64,000 bases of DNA from Lachnospiraceae bacterium (GTDB lineage Bacteria > Bacillota > Clostridia > Lachnospirales > Lachnospiraceae), in assembly GCA_015057955.1 (NCBI GenBank), contig SVDE01000002.1, positions 1,607 to 65,606 on the forward strand. The letters are read 5' to 3'. The notes beneath the pieces are model-generated. The model saw only the letters and a list, made by a program, of their open reading frames with translations, had not been told where the DNA came from and searched no databases. Position 1 is the first letter of the stretch; every line of letters begins with the position of its first letter. The position numbers and the translations under genes were made by a program. This document shows, piece by piece, positions 47,086 to 60,102 of the stretch.

Positions 47086-47964
47086 TTACCAGCAAAGAAC
47101 CTCATGTCCGGTCTCTGTCACAAGGACCTGAACCTCCCACTGGGCTGAAGGAAGACCGTCTTTTGTATAGATGGTCCATCCGTTTTTCTCATCTGTATAG
47201 AACTCATGGGTTCCCATGTTTACCATCGGTTCTATCGTGAAGACCATGCCGGGTACCATGAGCATTTCTGTGCCCGGTTCTGATACATGGCTTACCCAGG
47301 GCTCTTCATGAAACGCCTTGCCGCAGCCATGTCCGCCGATGTCCCTGACCACTGAATAACCGTTAGCGATCGCATGCTGATTGACGGCATTTCCCATGTC
47401 TCCAAGGAAATGCCAGGGTATCACCTGCTCAAGCCCCTTCTCCAGACATTCCTTTGTTACTTCAACAAGCCGTCTGTTCTCAGGGCTGACATTCCCTATG
47501 CAGAACATCCTTGATGAATCAGAAAAATATCCGTTCAGGATAGTGGAGCAGTCAATATTGATTATGTCGCCGTCTTTAAGGATCACATCAGCACTCGGGA
47601 TACCATGGCACACAACATTATTGATCGAAGTACAGACGCTCTTTGGATATCCTTCATAGTTGAGATCGGCAGGGATTCCTCCCATTCCATATGTGATCTC
47701 ATTGACTATATTATCAATCTCCAATGTGGACATCCCTTCATGGATCTGTTTTGCGACCTCATCCAGAACTGCCATGTTGATCTTCGCGCTTGCTTTGATC
47801 CCCGCGATATCTTCAGGAGTCTTAAGAAGATCGTGCCCGGGAACCTCATGTCCCTCCCAGGCGAAATGCCTGATCCTGTCATCAAATGCTTCATGACACT
47901 TTTTATACTTCAGCCCGCTGCCGCACCAGCACGGATCATTTCTGCCTACTTTATGAAATACCAT
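47086..47964 (-). CDS. map: Type I methionine aminopeptidase with N-terminal SEC-C zinc-binding motif
   Basis: N-terminus PCWCGSGLKYKKCH (SEC-C), then MetAP metal ligands (DIINID, GHGCG, FTIEP, WEVQV). Length is 292 aa. Confidence 0.9.
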   Translation of the reverse strand: MVFHKVGRNDPCWCGSGLKYKKCHEAFDDRIRHFAWEGHEVPGHDLLKTPEDIAGIKASAKINMAVLDEVAKQIHEGMSTLEIDNIVNEITYGMGGIPADLNYEGYPKSVCTSINNVVCHGIPSADVILKDGDIINIDCSTILNGYFSDSSRMFCIGNVSPENRRLVEVTKECLEKGLEQVIPWHFLGDMGNAVNQHAIANGYSVVRDIGGHGCGKAFHEEPWVSHVSEPGTEMLMVPGMVFTIEPMVNMGTHEFYTDEKNGWTIYTKDGLPSAQWEVQVLVTETGHEVLCW

Positions 47965-47993
47965 ATCTTATCACGTTTCCCCTATCATCTATA

Positions 47994-48641
47994 TTAGAGC
48001 CTGATCACATTCTTAATGTGGTCTGCTACTGCCCTTCCAAGTTTCCTATGCTCTTCCGGATCCATGTGGATCCCGTCTTTTTCGCTTGTTTTTGCATACT
48101 CCGCTGCATTCAGGAATAAGCAGCCATACATGTCAGCGATCTTTTTATACCATTCAGCAAGTCCTGCTGATTTCTTAATGCTGCTTTCATATCCGAAGCT
48201 CTCACCCAGCCAGGAATCCTTAATGGCTTCTGAAATTACGGGCGGTGACATCAGAAGGACCTTAAACCTGTCGTTGCACCTGAAGCGGTTGAAGGCAAGT
48301 ACCTTCTCGATAAACTCCCTCATCTCGCCTGCTATTTCAAAAGCGGGGTAGCCGAACTTGCATTTACAATCATTTGTCCCCAGCATTATTATCAGAAGAT
48401 CAAAAGGATCGTGGCTTTCCATGCATGGCAGGATGTATTTGATCCCGTTCTTTTCACCTTCTGCAGGATCATCTGTCGCTATTGTCCTGCCGCACTGGCC
48501 TTCCTCTATGATCTGGTATCCGTCTCCCAGCTCATGCTGAAGGACCATTGGCCATCTGTCTTCTTCACCAAACCTTGCTATGTCTGTCGGATCTGCTCCC
48601 CAGGTAAGGGAATCACCGAAGCACAATATCCTTTTCTTCAT
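47994..48641 (-). CDS. SGNH/GDSL-family hydrolase
   Basis: Block I FGDSLTWG, block III GTND, block V DGIHM. Length is 215 aa. Confidence 0.8.
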   Translation of the reverse strand: MKKRILCFGDSLTWGADPTDIARFGEEDRWPMVLQHELGDGYQIIEEGQCGRTIATDDPAEGEKNGIKYILPCMESHDPFDLLIIMLGTNDCKCKFGYPAFEIAGEMREFIEKVLAFNRFRCNDRFKVLLMSPPVISEAIKDSWLGESFGYESSIKKSAGLAEWYKKIADMYGCLFLNAAEYAKTSEKDGIHMDPEEHRKLGRAVADHIKNVIRL

Positions 48642-48713
48642 TACTTTAGCCCTCTCGATGGATCATTAGAGTTACATTATATTATACTTTATTTTCCGCC
48701 TTTGTTCCATAAT

Positions 48714-48753
48714 ATAAAAACACCGGCCGTTTTGTGATGGTAAACGACCGGTG
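48714..48753 (-). terminator. Intrinsic terminator after marR
   Basis: On the minus strand: stem CACCGGTCGTTT/AAACGGCCGGTG (one mismatch) followed by TTTTTAT. Confidence 0.7.
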
Positions 48754-48799
48754 CTCCCATAAAGAAAATACATCGCACTATGTATTTTGCGGGCTGTCC

Positions 48800-49276
48800 T
48801 TAGCAGGTTTTTCCCAGATGTTTGTTCCTGTGGCGCCTGCTGTCACCATAAAAGAGGCCTTCATCATACCATGATGCCTGTATCTTGTCTAACATTTCCG
48901 CAAACTGTTCCTTTTCTGTCTCTGAAAGAGCCGCAAACAGTTTCTTTGTTTTTTCAGCCTTCTCCGCGTTAAGCTGCTCTGCGCGTTTTTTTCCGTCCTC
49001 AGTTATCTCAACAATGAGACTTTTTGCGTTTGCAGGATCCGCAGTCCTCTTAATAAGGCCATGGTCTTCCATCTTGGTAAGAAGTTCACTGGCTGAAGAT
49101 GAAGTGATCTCAACCTCTTCCTGAAGATCTCTCTGGCTCACTGCTCCCTTTTCTGCAAGGATATTAAGGATCCTGGTCTGTCCGTGATGGCCGAATTCCT
49201 GTCTCTTTAAGATCTTATTGAACCTTCTGAAACCTGCAAAGATCCTCTCTTCATTTGATCTGTATTCCTTCTTCAT
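48800..49276 (-). CDS. MarR-family transcriptional regulator
   Basis: Winged-HTH region (QTRILNILAEKGAVSQRDLQEEVEITSSSASELLTKMEDHGLIKR). I prefer the ATG at 49276 (GGAGGA RBS) over the tracked start at 49363. Confidence 0.8.
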   Translation of the reverse strand: MKKEYRSNEERIFAGFRRFNKILKRQEFGHHGQTRILNILAEKGAVSQRDLQEEVEITSSSASELLTKMEDHGLIKRTADPANAKSLIVEITEDGKKRAEQLNAEKAEKTKKLFAALSETEKEQFAEMLDKIQASWYDEGLFYGDSRRHRNKHLGKTC

Positions 49277-49297
49277 GTTATCCTCCAAATAAGAATT

Positions 49298-49313
49298 TGC
49301 TCGGTACCGAGCA
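49298..49313. promoter_or_regulatory. Perfect 16-bp palindrome TGCTCGGTACCGAGCA (candidate MarR operator)
   Basis: Read directly. It lies 22 nt upstream of the preferred marR ATG, in the marR/esterase divergent intergenic region. Confidence 0.45.
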
Positions 49314-49346
49314 TCTGCTGAAAATATACCATCATTCGCATGCTTT

Positions 49347-49362
49347 TGCAAGGTACCAAGCA
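49347..49362. promoter_or_regulatory. Related imperfect palindrome TGCAAGGTACCAAGCA (second candidate operator)
   Basis: It shares the TGC-NN-GGTACC-NN-GCA frame with the first site. Centres are 49 bp apart. Confidence 0.35.
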
Positions 49363-49444
49363 ATATTTTCAGGATAATCTTTTCCTCTGTGGGTAGTCAT
49401 CCTAACGGCAGTCTGATATCATCATATAAAAGGAGGAAACAGAA

Positions 49445-50317
49445 ATGGCACTTGTACATCTGGATTTTGAGAGTCAGTACTGCGTATTTAACCAGGATGT
49501 TTATATCATTCTTCCTGACCGTCCCCGCAAAACTGACGCGGCTGAATTTTATTCAAGCGGAAAAAAGTATAAGGTACTCTGGTTGCTGCACGGCACATTT
49601 GGCGGATATAGTGATTGGATACGCAAATCAAATATTGAGACATACGCATGCGAGCATGATCTCATCGTTGTCATGCCCGGCGTCATGAACAGTGACTATG
49701 AGTCGTGGGATAATCTTGCAAACGGTTATGACGCGCGCAGGTACATTATTGATGAGCTTATGCCCATGGTGCATAACTGGTTTCCTGCATCCGACAGACG
49801 TGAAGATAATTTTATAGCCGGCCTGTCCATGGGAGGAAGCGGAGCCTTAAAGCTCGCGCTTGCTTACCCTGAAAAATTTGCTGCCTGCGCATCCCTGTCA
49901 TCAGCTCCCTGGTATTACGATGAAAGAAAAGAAGAGCTTAAACAGATCTTTTCCATGAACAGGAGCGATCTTCTAAACGCAGAAGATGAGGGTACCAGAA
50001 AAAATTTAAGGATCTATAATCAGATGCACAGATACGACAGTGTTGAAGAATTTCTGGATTCGCCCTCCAATAACGGCAGGACACTAGACCGGATGGCGGA
50101 TGACCCGCTTCTTCCGAGACTTTTCTTCTCGATTGGAACGGAAGACATGGGATTTGACAGATGGGAGAAGTTCCGTCTTCATGCGGAAGAGATCGGGCTT
50201 AAAGCCGAGTTCCACACAGGACCGGGTGTACATGAATGGCGTGTGTGGGAAAGGGACATTCAGTTAGCGTTCAAATTCTTCGGCCTGGATGGTGACATAA
50301 AGGGCAATCTGTTCTGA
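49445..50317 (+). CDS. Esterase-family alpha/beta hydrolase (EstA / esterase-D-like)
   Basis: LWLLHG, nucleophile elbow GLSMGG, C-terminal HEW. AAAGGAGGAAA RBS. Confidence 0.75.
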   Translation: MALVHLDFESQYCVFNQDVYIILPDRPRKTDAAEFYSSGKKYKVLWLLHGTFGGYSDWIRKSNIETYACEHDLIVVMPGVMNSDYESWDNLANGYDARRYIIDELMPMVHNWFPASDRREDNFIAGLSMGGSGALKLALAYPEKFAACASLSSAPWYYDERKEELKQIFSMNRSDLLNAEDEGTRKNLRIYNQMHRYDSVEEFLDSPSNNGRTLDRMADDPLLPRLFFSIGTEDMGFDRWEKFRLHAEEIGLKAEFHTGPGVHEWRVWERDIQLAFKFFGLDGDIKGNLF

Positions 50318-50334
50318 TCCATGCCTATTTGACG

Positions 50335-50371
50335 TAAAAAAGGACCTTGCTGACTTATGCCAGCAAGGTCC
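50335..50371 (-). terminator. Terminator of the V-ATPase operon (also faces the convergent esterase gene)
   Basis: Stem GGACCTTGCTG/CAGCAAGGTCC. On the minus strand it is followed by TTTTTT. Confidence 0.75.
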
Positions 50372-50379
50372 CTGTTGTT

Positions 50380-51081
50380 TCAGGCCTCTACTTCTTCGAC
50401 AACAACGTCGGGATTGTTATAGAGCTTATCTTTATAATGATGTTCTTCCTCAAGCATCATGTCTTTGACTTTCATAAGTCTTATCTGGCTGCTTCGTTCG
50501 TTCTCATCCAGCTTCATCATGATATACTTGATCGTTTCCTGTGTCTGAGGGATCATCACGTGCTCCAGCGCATTAACGCGGCGCCTTGTCTTTTCGATCT
50601 CGGATGCCATGAGCTGACAGGATTTCTCAACCTCTGCAAGTCTCAGCATATCCTGGAAGACCGACGAAAGACTCTCAACCGCAAGGTCCAGATCTGCGGA
50701 AGTAAAGGCAAAGCCGTATGAATAGATGTCATTTGCGTCAGCAGTCTTGGTACGGTATTCAAATACCGGTACTTCAACGCTCATGACATTCCTTATGCCG
50801 GCATCAAGAGTAACACTCTGACGCGGAGCGATAAATGCGGCATTGACTTCCTCATCTTCCATGCCCGCTCTTGCAAGGACAAAGTCCTTGTTTGCTTTTG
50901 CGATACCTGCCTCGACTTTTTCCCTGAGAGTTCTGTTCTCACGGATCAGGTCAAGGAACTGGCGCATGAGCTCATCACGTTTATCCTTCAGTAATTTATG
51001 TCCCTTAATAGCGGTCGCCAGCTTCTTTTTCTGCTTGGCGAGCTCCATACGGGTCGGATTAACCTGTTTCCTGGTAGCCAT
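50380..51081 (-). CDS. ntpD: V-type ATP synthase subunit D
   Basis: N-terminus VNPTRMEL..KKKL and coiled-coil subunit D layout. Last gene of the operon. Confidence 0.9.
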   Translation of the reverse strand: MATRKQVNPTRMELAKQKKKLATAIKGHKLLKDKRDELMRQFLDLIRENRTLREKVEAGIAKANKDFVLARAGMEDEEVNAAFIAPRQSVTLDAGIRNVMSVEVPVFEYRTKTADANDIYSYGFAFTSADLDLAVESLSSVFQDMLRLAEVEKSCQLMASEIEKTRRRVNALEHVMIPQTQETIKYIMMKLDENERSSQIRLMKVKDMMLEEEHHYKDKLYNNPDVVVEEVEA

Positions 51082-51091
51082 GGTCTATCTC

Positions 51092-52462
51092 CTATGCGTC
51101 ATAGTACTTATCAAGGAATTCGTCTTTAATTCTCTTAAGCTCTGCTCTCGGAAGGATCCTCAGCAGATCCCAGCCGATATCGAGAGTCTCCTCGATATCC
51201 CTGTTGACATAGTTGCCCTGAGATACATAAACCTTTTCAAATTCATCAGAGAACTTAGCATACAGCTTATCCATTTCTGTAAGAGCTGCCTCACCAAGGA
51301 CTATCATGAGTTCCTTAGCTTCTTTTCCACGGGCATATGCCGCAAAGAGCTGGTTCATGGTGTTCGCATGGTCAGCACGTGTCCTGCCCTCACCGATACC
51401 TTTGTCTTTCAGACGTGAAAGAGAAGGAAGCACATCGATAGGAGGAACGATACCCTGTCTGTAAAGCTCACGGCTCAGTATGACCTGGCCCTCAGTGATG
51501 TATCCTGTAAGGTCAGGGATAGGATGAGTCTTGTCATCTTCAGGCATTGTAAGGATCGGGATCATTGTGATGGATCCTTCCTTGCCCCTCTGACGTCCGG
51601 CCCTCTCGTACATGGTCGCAAGGTCTGTATACATGTATCCGGGATATCCACGACGTCCGGGAACTTCCTTACGTGCTGCTGATATCTCACGAAGTGAATC
51701 CGCGTAGTTAGTAATGTCAGTAAGGATGACCAGAACGTGCATGTTCTTTTCGAATGCAAGATACTCTGCTGCGGTAAGCGCCATCTTAGGTGTAGCAACA
51801 CGCTCTACAGCCGGGTCGTTCGCAAGGTTTACGAACATGACTGTTCTGTCGATGGATCCTGAATCCGTAAATGACTTTGTGAAGAAGTTTGCTTCCTCGA
51901 ATGTGATACCCATTGCGGCGAAAACAACCGCGAACTGCTCATCTGTTCCGCGGACTTTTGCCTGCCTTGCAATCTGGGCTGCAAGCTCGGCATGCGGAAG
52001 TCCTGACATTGAGAATATCGGAAGCTTCTGTCCACGTACCAGTGTGTTCAGTCCGTCGATAGCCGAAACACCGGTCTGGATGAACTCGTTCGGATAGCTT
52101 CTTGCGGCAGGGTTCATCGGAAGACCGTCAACATCCATCCTCTTTTCAGGCAGGATCTCCGGGCCGCCGTCGATGGGACGTCCAAGTCCGTCAAATACAC
52201 GTCCGAGCATGTCTTCTGAAACACCAAGCTCCATTGAACGTCCGAGGAATCTTACCTTGCTGTCCTTGGGGTTGATACCTGTCGAAGACTCGAACAGCTG
52301 TACAAGGGCATTGCTGCCGTCTATCTCGAGTACTTTACATCTTCTTTTCTCGCCATTTGCAAGTTCAATCTCGCCCAGTTCGTTGTAAACAACACCTTCA
52401 ACGCCCTGAACGAGCATCAGAGGACCTGCTATTTCCTGTATTGTCCTATACTCTTTTGGCAT
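51092..52462 (-). CDS. ntpB: V-type ATP synthase subunit B
   Basis: Non-catalytic A/B-family subunit ([23 protein letters not shown]). Length is 456 aa. Confidence 0.95.
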   Translation of the reverse strand: MPKEYRTIQEIAGPLMLVQGVEGVVYNELGEIELANGEKRRCKVLEIDGSNALVQLFESSTGINPKDSKVRFLGRSMELGVSEDMLGRVFDGLGRPIDGGPEILPEKRMDVDGLPMNPAARSYPNEFIQTGVSAIDGLNTLVRGQKLPIFSMSGLPHAELAAQIARQAKVRGTDEQFAVVFAAMGITFEEANFFTKSFTDSGSIDRTVMFVNLANDPAVERVATPKMALTAAEYLAFEKNMHVLVILTDITNYADSLREISAARKEVPGRRGYPGYMYTDLATMYERAGRQRGKEGSITMIPILTMPEDDKTHPIPDLTGYITEGQVILSRELYRQGIVPPIDVLPSLSRLKDKGIGEGRTRADHANTMNQLFAAYARGKEAKELMIVLGEAALTEMDKLYAKFSDEFEKVYVSQGNYVNRDIEETLDIGWDLLRILPRAELKRIKDEFLDKYYDA

Positions 52463-52465
52463 AAC

Positions 52466-54241
52466 TTAATCCTCCACTTCCAGTTTAGAAACCTCAGCCT
52501 TGAGTTCGGCAAGGATCTTCTCGTATTCATCAACGATCTGATCCTGAGGAGTATATTTAAAACGTCCGATCTTCTCTCTGACAGCCAGATTGACGATGGG
52601 CTCAATTCCAACGCCTCTGTTCAGGGCTTCCTGAGCCTCATCATAGTAGCTGAGGATGAGCAGCATCATGAGGAACTGCTTCTCAAGAGATGTGTAGGTA
52701 TCGATCTCATGGAATGAATCCTGATGCAGGAAGTCCTCACGGATAGAACGGGCTGCCTCCATCTTAAGTCTGTCTGGAGCTGAAAGAGCATCCATACCGA
52801 CAAGCTGTACGATCTCTTCAAGAGCTGCCTCATCTGAAAGCAGTCTTACTATACGGGCTCTGCATTCCATCCAAGGTCCGCCGGCTGCCTCATCAAACCA
52901 GTCACCCATTCCGTCAACATACAGAGAGTAACTTGTAAGCCAGTTGATCGCAGGGAAATGTCTCTTATATGCAAGGTTAGAATCCAGTCCCCAGAACACC
53001 TTTACGATACGGAGTGTAGCCTGTGATACCGGCTCTGAAATATCACCGCCGGCAGGAGAAACAGCTCCGATAACTGAAAGAGCTCCTTCTCTGGGCTTGG
53101 ATCCGTTTGAAATGACACGGCCTGCGCGCTCATAGAACTGCGCAAGACGGGAACCAAGGTATGCGGGATATCCTTCCTCACCGGGCATCTCCTCAAGTCG
53201 TCCTGACATTTCACGGAGAGCTTCTGCCCAACGGGATGTTGAGTCTGCCATAAGAGCTACTGAATATCCCATGTCTCTGAAGTACTCAGCGATCGTGATT
53301 CCGACATAGATAGATGCTTCACGTGCAGCAACAGGCATATCTGATGTATTGGCAATGAGCACTGTCCTCTCCATCAGTGAGAATCCGGACTTGGGATCCT
53401 TAAGTTCAGGGAACTCATTCAGAACGTCCGTCATCTCATTTCCACGCTCGCCGCATCCGATGTAGACAACTATGTCTGCCTCGGACCATTTTGCAAGCTG
53501 ATGCTGTGTGACAGTCTTTCCTGAACCGAACGGTCCCGGAATTGCTGCAGTTCCGCCTTTTGCGATCGGGAAGAGAGTATCGATAACTCGCTGTCCTGTT
53601 ATAAGGGGCATTGTAGGAGAAAGTTTTTCCTTATAAGGACGGCCCTGACGAACCGGCCATTTCTGCATCATCTTGACCTCAACCTGTTCACCGTCTTCTT
53701 TCTCAATGATGCATACGGTATCCTCAATGGTATACTCGCCCGAATTGATCTTTGCGACCTTTCCCTTGATTCCATTGGGGACCATTATCCTCTGCTCAAC
53801 AACAGCGGTCTCCTTAACTGTACCGATGATGTCTCCGCCTTCAACTTCCTCGCCTTCCTCTACTGAAGGAACAAATATCCAGGTCTTCTCCCTGCTAAGT
53901 GCCGGAACCTCAACACCACGCTTCAGGTTGTTTCCGGTCTGTTCCATGATCTTTACCAGAGGTCTTTGAATACCATCAAAAATACTTCCGATAAGTCCCG
54001 GTCCGAGTTCAACGCTAAGAGGTGCATCTGTGGATTCAACCGGCTCACCCGGCCCAAGTCCGGATGTTTCCTCGTAAACCTGGATTGAAGCCTCGTCACC
54101 GTGGATCTCGATGATCTCACCAATAAGTCTCTGCTCGCTGACACGCACAACGTCATACATATTGGCGTCTCTCATGCCAGAAGCTACGACCAACGGTCCG
54201 GCAACCTTCTTTATTGTACCTGTGCTCATAGTCTGTACCAA
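52466..54241 (-). CDS. ntpA: V-type ATP synthase catalytic subunit A
   Basis: Walker A GPFGSGKT, the non-homologous insert typical of A subunits, and [10 protein letters not shown]. Length is 591 aa. Confidence 0.95.
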   Translation of the reverse strand: MVQTMSTGTIKKVAGPLVVASGMRDANMYDVVRVSEQRLIGEIIEIHGDEASIQVYEETSGLGPGEPVESTDAPLSVELGPGLIGSIFDGIQRPLVKIMEQTGNNLKRGVEVPALSREKTWIFVPSVEEGEEVEGGDIIGTVKETAVVEQRIMVPNGIKGKVAKINSGEYTIEDTVCIIEKEDGEQVEVKMMQKWPVRQGRPYKEKLSPTMPLITGQRVIDTLFPIAKGGTAAIPGPFGSGKTVTQHQLAKWSEADIVVYIGCGERGNEMTDVLNEFPELKDPKSGFSLMERTVLIANTSDMPVAAREASIYVGITIAEYFRDMGYSVALMADSTSRWAEALREMSGRLEEMPGEEGYPAYLGSRLAQFYERAGRVISNGSKPREGALSVIGAVSPAGGDISEPVSQATLRIVKVFWGLDSNLAYKRHFPAINWLTSYSLYVDGMGDWFDEAAGGPWMECRARIVRLLSDEAALEEIVQLVGMDALSAPDRLKMEAARSIREDFLHQDSFHEIDTYTSLEKQFLMMLLILSYYDEAQEALNRGVGIEPIVNLAVREKIGRFKYTPQDQIVDEYEKILAELKAEVSKLEVED

Positions 54242-54264
54242 GCCTTTCTATGTTACTTTACGTA

Positions 54265-54582
54265 TTAGTCATTACCGAAAATATCAGATCCTACCGCCTG
54301 GATCACCAGCTTCTGGAGATTCTCCATTGCGGCTCCGTTTCTTTCGGCGACCCCGGGTATGGGAATGATCGCCGGAAGTCTCTGATCATTGTATTTCGCC
54401 ACTTCATCACTGATCTTTGCCATCAGGTCCTCAGTGATGTAGATTATCGCGTAATCTTTTGCCGCGAGAGTTTTCAGGGTTCTCTCGCCGCTCTCGATAT
54501 CATCTACGGGAAATGTCTCCATTCCGAGGGTCGCGAAACCGTAGATGGAATCTCGGTCGCCCAGGATTGCTATCTTATACAT
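54265..54582 (-). CDS. ntpG: V-type ATP synthase subunit F
   Basis: 105 aa, MYKIAILGDRDSIYGFATLG. The position between the C and A subunits matches E. hirae NtpG. Confidence 0.85.
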   Translation of the reverse strand: MYKIAILGDRDSIYGFATLGMETFPVDDIESGERTLKTLAAKDYAIIYITEDLMAKISDEVAKYNDQRLPAIIPIPGVAERNGAAMENLQKLVIQAVGSDIFGND

Positions 54583-55594
54583 AACTCACCCTTAACCTTT
54601 CCCGTATCTTCTCATCAGGGAGATCATTCGTCTTTCCGGAAAGGATTATCCGGACTGATTTGATCTCGTTCTCCTTTGCAAGCATGTACGCTGCAAGGGG
54701 AGAGATGGTAAATGCGTTGTATTTCTGAGGCTGAATAAGCTTCATCATCCTGTCATCACACCATTTGTCAAACGCGACAGGGCTCTTCTGTATCTCCGGC
54801 ACCGCGTCAAAATATGCGGTGGTGCCCAGATACTCATAAATGGAATCCAGACCGCTGCATGCTGCGGATATGAGTCTTGGTACGCTTATGCTGTCGCATT
54901 CCACCAGTGCCCTCTGAAGGAAATCAGCGTCTTTTCCCATCCTGCAGGCTCTTATCGCGATGTTGATGTCAGCGCTTGCGCATTTGAGTTCAACATATTC
55001 CTGAAGAAGGGTATTTCCGCTTTCTTTCGCGAGTCGCGCCATCTCAAGCAGCGCTGCCCTGTCTATGATGCAGTCACATGTCTGTGAATCTCCGGTATGG
55101 AAAAGGATGTCCCTTGCTTCCTGTGCCGCCTTCATCATCGGAAAAGAAAGGATTGAAAAATCATTATCCGCGGCGCATTTTTTGATCGTCTCTAACGGGA
55201 TGACTCCGTCATCCAGATAGATATTCGGAACGTCCTTCTGGACATATGACTCTTTTATCGCAGCCTTCAGGTTGTGATAATCTCTCCTGTATCTGAAAAT
55301 ATCGAAGTAATGCATCTGGTTTTCATCACACAGGCTCCTTATCAGTGCCCAGCAGCGCTCCTTCTCCTCTTTGAGGAGTTCGGAAGGAGTGTTGTTAGCT
55401 GTTGGTCCCCAGCCTTTGTCAAGGAGTGTCTGTATGCACTCATCTGCACTGTTACATTGCATCAGATTCTCCAGATCCTGATCAGAAAGCAGCGTATTTT
55501 CTTTAGCGCGGATCTGTGCGACCGCCGAGGTAAACAGCTCGTCCGGGAGGAGTTCGTCATCCAGGAGAGTGTCGTTCAGGAACTCTTTGTCCAT
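54575..55594 (-). CDS. ntpC: V-type ATP synthase subunit C (eukaryotic d homologue)
   Basis: 339 aa, helical, in the operon position between E and F. Confidence 0.8.
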   Translation of the reverse strand: MDKEFLNDTLLDDELLPDELFTSAVAQIRAKENTLLSDQDLENLMQCNSADECIQTLLDKGWGPTANNTPSELLKEEKERCWALIRSLCDENQMHYFDIFRYRRDYHNLKAAIKESYVQKDVPNIYLDDGVIPLETIKKCAADNDFSILSFPMMKAAQEARDILFHTGDSQTCDCIIDRAALLEMARLAKESGNTLLQEYVELKCASADINIAIRACRMGKDADFLQRALVECDSISVPRLISAACSGLDSIYEYLGTTAYFDAVPEIQKSPVAFDKWCDDRMMKLIQPQKYNAFTISPLAAYMLAKENEIKSVRIILSGKTNDLPDEKIRERLRVSYV

Positions 55595-55615
55595 TTACCT
55601 GCTCCTTTCTTAAAT

Positions 55616-56206
55616 CTAATCAAAAAGTATCTGGCTGATCTTATCCTGCAATTCTTCCTTTGAGCTCTCTGCAAGAGCGTCAAGGGAACAGTTTTCTTCG
55701 ATATCGCCATAGTCCAGTACAAAGCCGCCGTTTATCCTGACTGCTTCATCTGAAAGAGTCAGCGTAGCCCTTCCGGCGAGAACCTCATTGATCCTTGCCT
55801 CGAATCCCTTGGGTATCCTCTCAAGGTCTTCTGCTGAGAAACGGATCTTTCCGTCTCTTGCCGGGGCATACTTATCAACCATCTTGAGGATGGTCTCAAA
55901 ATACGCCGCATCGGGCATTGCCTGTATCTTGTCAAGAGCCGCTGCGATTGTGCGGTCTATCTCCCACTGTTTTGCCTGAAGGAGATAACGCTTGAGATTC
56001 TGGTCAGCTCTGGATTCGATCCTCTTTCTGACGCCTTTGGCATCTGCCTCACCCTGCTTTGTAATGGCAGCAGCGTTTTCCTCGGCATTTGCCTTTCCTG
56101 ATGCGATTATGTTCTCAGCATCGGCTTTGGCTTTTTCCAGCATGTCGGTAGCAGTCTTAGTGGCGGTTGATTCGATATGATTGATTATGTTCTCAAGTCC
56201 ACTCAT
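55616..56206 (-). CDS. ntpE: V-type ATP synthase subunit E
   Basis: 196 aa with an N-terminal charged coiled coil and a C-terminal globular domain. Operon position after K. Confidence 0.8.
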   Translation of the reverse strand: MSGLENIINHIESTATKTATDMLEKAKADAENIIASGKANAEENAAAITKQGEADAKGVRKRIESRADQNLKRYLLQAKQWEIDRTIAAALDKIQAMPDAAYFETILKMVDKYAPARDGKIRFSAEDLERIPKGFEARINEVLAGRATLTLSDEAVRINGGFVLDYGDIEENCSLDALAESSKEELQDKISQILFD

Positions 56207-56218
56207 TTTTTATGCTCC

Positions 56219-58740
<2,522 letters not shown>

Positions 58741-58751
58741 CCCTCCTTACG

Positions 58752-59063
58752 TCAGCCGGTTATCTCCGATATGATCAGATCGATCGCTCTCGCGCGCTTT
58801 TCTTCAAAGCCTTCCTGCTGCTGGGCGATCACTGCCACAGCTCTTCTTCTGACTGCCTCCATAGCATCATCCTCACCGGACGAAGCATCCTCAACAGCAG
58901 CCTTGGCTCTGGCTCTTGCGTCTGAAACAAGCTTATTCTCGTATTCCCTGACCTCTTCCCTGGCTTTTTCAACAATGGCCTTGGACTGGGCTTCGGCATC
59001 CTTGATTATCTGCTGAGCTTTTGTTTCAGCCTCTTTAATGCTGTTTATGGTTTCCCGCGCCAT
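58752..59063 (-). CDS. V-type ATP synthase subunit G/H-like stalk protein (E. hirae NtpF position)
   Basis: Small, highly charged helical protein (AETKAQQIIKDAEAQSKAIVEKAREE), first in the operon. I prefer the ATG at 59063 (GGAGG RBS). Confidence 0.65.
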   Translation of the reverse strand: MARETINSIKEAETKAQQIIKDAEAQSKAIVEKAREEVREYENKLVSDARARAKAAVEDASSGEDDAMEAVRRRAVAVIAQQQEGFEEKRARAIDLIISEITG

Positions 59064-59195
59064 TTCCGCCTCCGTTAATAAATGCTGGTCTCCCAAAATA
59101 AAACTTACCAACTATGCTATCATTTTTTTTGGTACTACACAATAAAAATATCGAAAAAAATACATCAATTTTATTGTATTTTTTACAAAAAGCCT

Positions 59196-59684
59196 TCACA
59201 GACTCAGTTCTACCCTGCGGCCTGTCGGCTCATAAGGAATATACTTTACTCCGGCAGCATCAAGCATTCTTTTTGATGCGATCACGCCGGGTGTCCCGTC
59301 ATATTTATCACATGCGTAGATTATCTTTTTTATGCCGGCCTGTATGACCGCCTTTGCGCACTCGTTGCAGGGGAACAGGGTAACATAAAGTGTTGTTCCC
59401 TCAAGGCTGCCTCCGCGGTAATTGAGTATCGCGTTCAGCTCGCTGTGAGTGGAATAAAAATACTTGCTGTGATCGGGAGTGTCATCCGTTTTTTCCCAAG
59501 GGAAATCATCATCTGAGCATCCTATCGGGAGTCCGTTGTATCCCATTGAGAGGATCTTATTATCCGGACTTACTATGCATGCTCCGACCTGTGTTGACGG
59601 GTCCTTGGATCTGAGCGCGGAAAGCTGCGCAACTCCCATGAAATACTCATCCCATGAAATATAGTCGGTTCTCTTACTGCTCAA
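59196..59684 (-). CDS. dCMP deaminase (ComEB-type)
   Basis: Cytidine/deoxycytidylate deaminase zinc motifs HSELNA and PCNECAK. Length is 162 aa. Confidence 0.85.
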   Translation of the reverse strand: MSSKRTDYISWDEYFMGVAQLSALRSKDPSTQVGACIVSPDNKILSMGYNGLPIGCSDDDFPWEKTDDTPDHSKYFYSTHSELNAILNYRGGSLEGTTLYVTLFPCNECAKAVIQAGIKKIIYACDKYDGTPGVIASKRMLDAAGVKYIPYEPTGRRVELSL

Positions 59685-60102
59685 GTTTCGATATCCTCCT
59701 TATGTGATTTACTCCCTCTGAAAACGGAGTGTCCATGAAAATGTCAAGAAGCTTTATTGCCTTGTCATTATCTATGACCCTTGCCCCGAGGCAGAGGATG
59801 TTTGCGTCATTGTGTTCCCTGGTCGCCTGGGCTGAGAATTCATCGCTGAGTACTGCTGCCCTTATGCCCTTAACTTTATTCGCGGCGATCGACATTCCGA
59901 TACCTGTTCCGCAGACCAGTATCCCTCTTTCAGCCTCGCCGTCCGCAACAGCTTTTGCAACAGCCTTTGCAAAATCAGGATAGTCACATGATTCGGTGCT
60001 GTAGGTTCCGAAATCCTTTACGTCATATCCTCTTTCCTTAAGATGCTCCGCCAGAACGAGTTTCATCTCATATCCGGCATGGTCACTTCCCATAGCTATC
60101 AT
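59674..60102 (-). CDS. rpiB: Ribose-5-phosphate isomerase B
   Basis: IAMGSDHAGYEMK, CGTGIGMSIAANK, REHNDAN. Length is 142 aa. Confidence 0.92.
   Translation of the reverse strand: MIAMGSDHAGYEMKLVLAEHLKERGYDVKDFGTYSTESCDYPDFAKAVAKAVADGEAERGILVCGTGIGMSIAANKVKGIRAAVLSDEFSAQATREHNDANILCLGARVIDNDKAIKLLDIFMDTPFSEGVNHIRRISKLEQ

Noticed and set aside
47086-47964. The SEC-C motif on methionine aminopeptidase as a novelty.
   Set aside because: To my knowledge, N-terminal SEC-C/zinc-finger extensions on type I MetAP are a recognised variant in Firmicutes. I noted this in the feature evidence only.
49277-49363. The N-terminal extension of the MarR ORF given in the ORF track (start at 49363).
   Set aside because: The extension has no RBS and would bury both operator-like palindromes in coding sequence. 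It adds 29 residues not expected for the MarR fold. The ATG at 49276 has a GGAGGA RBS.
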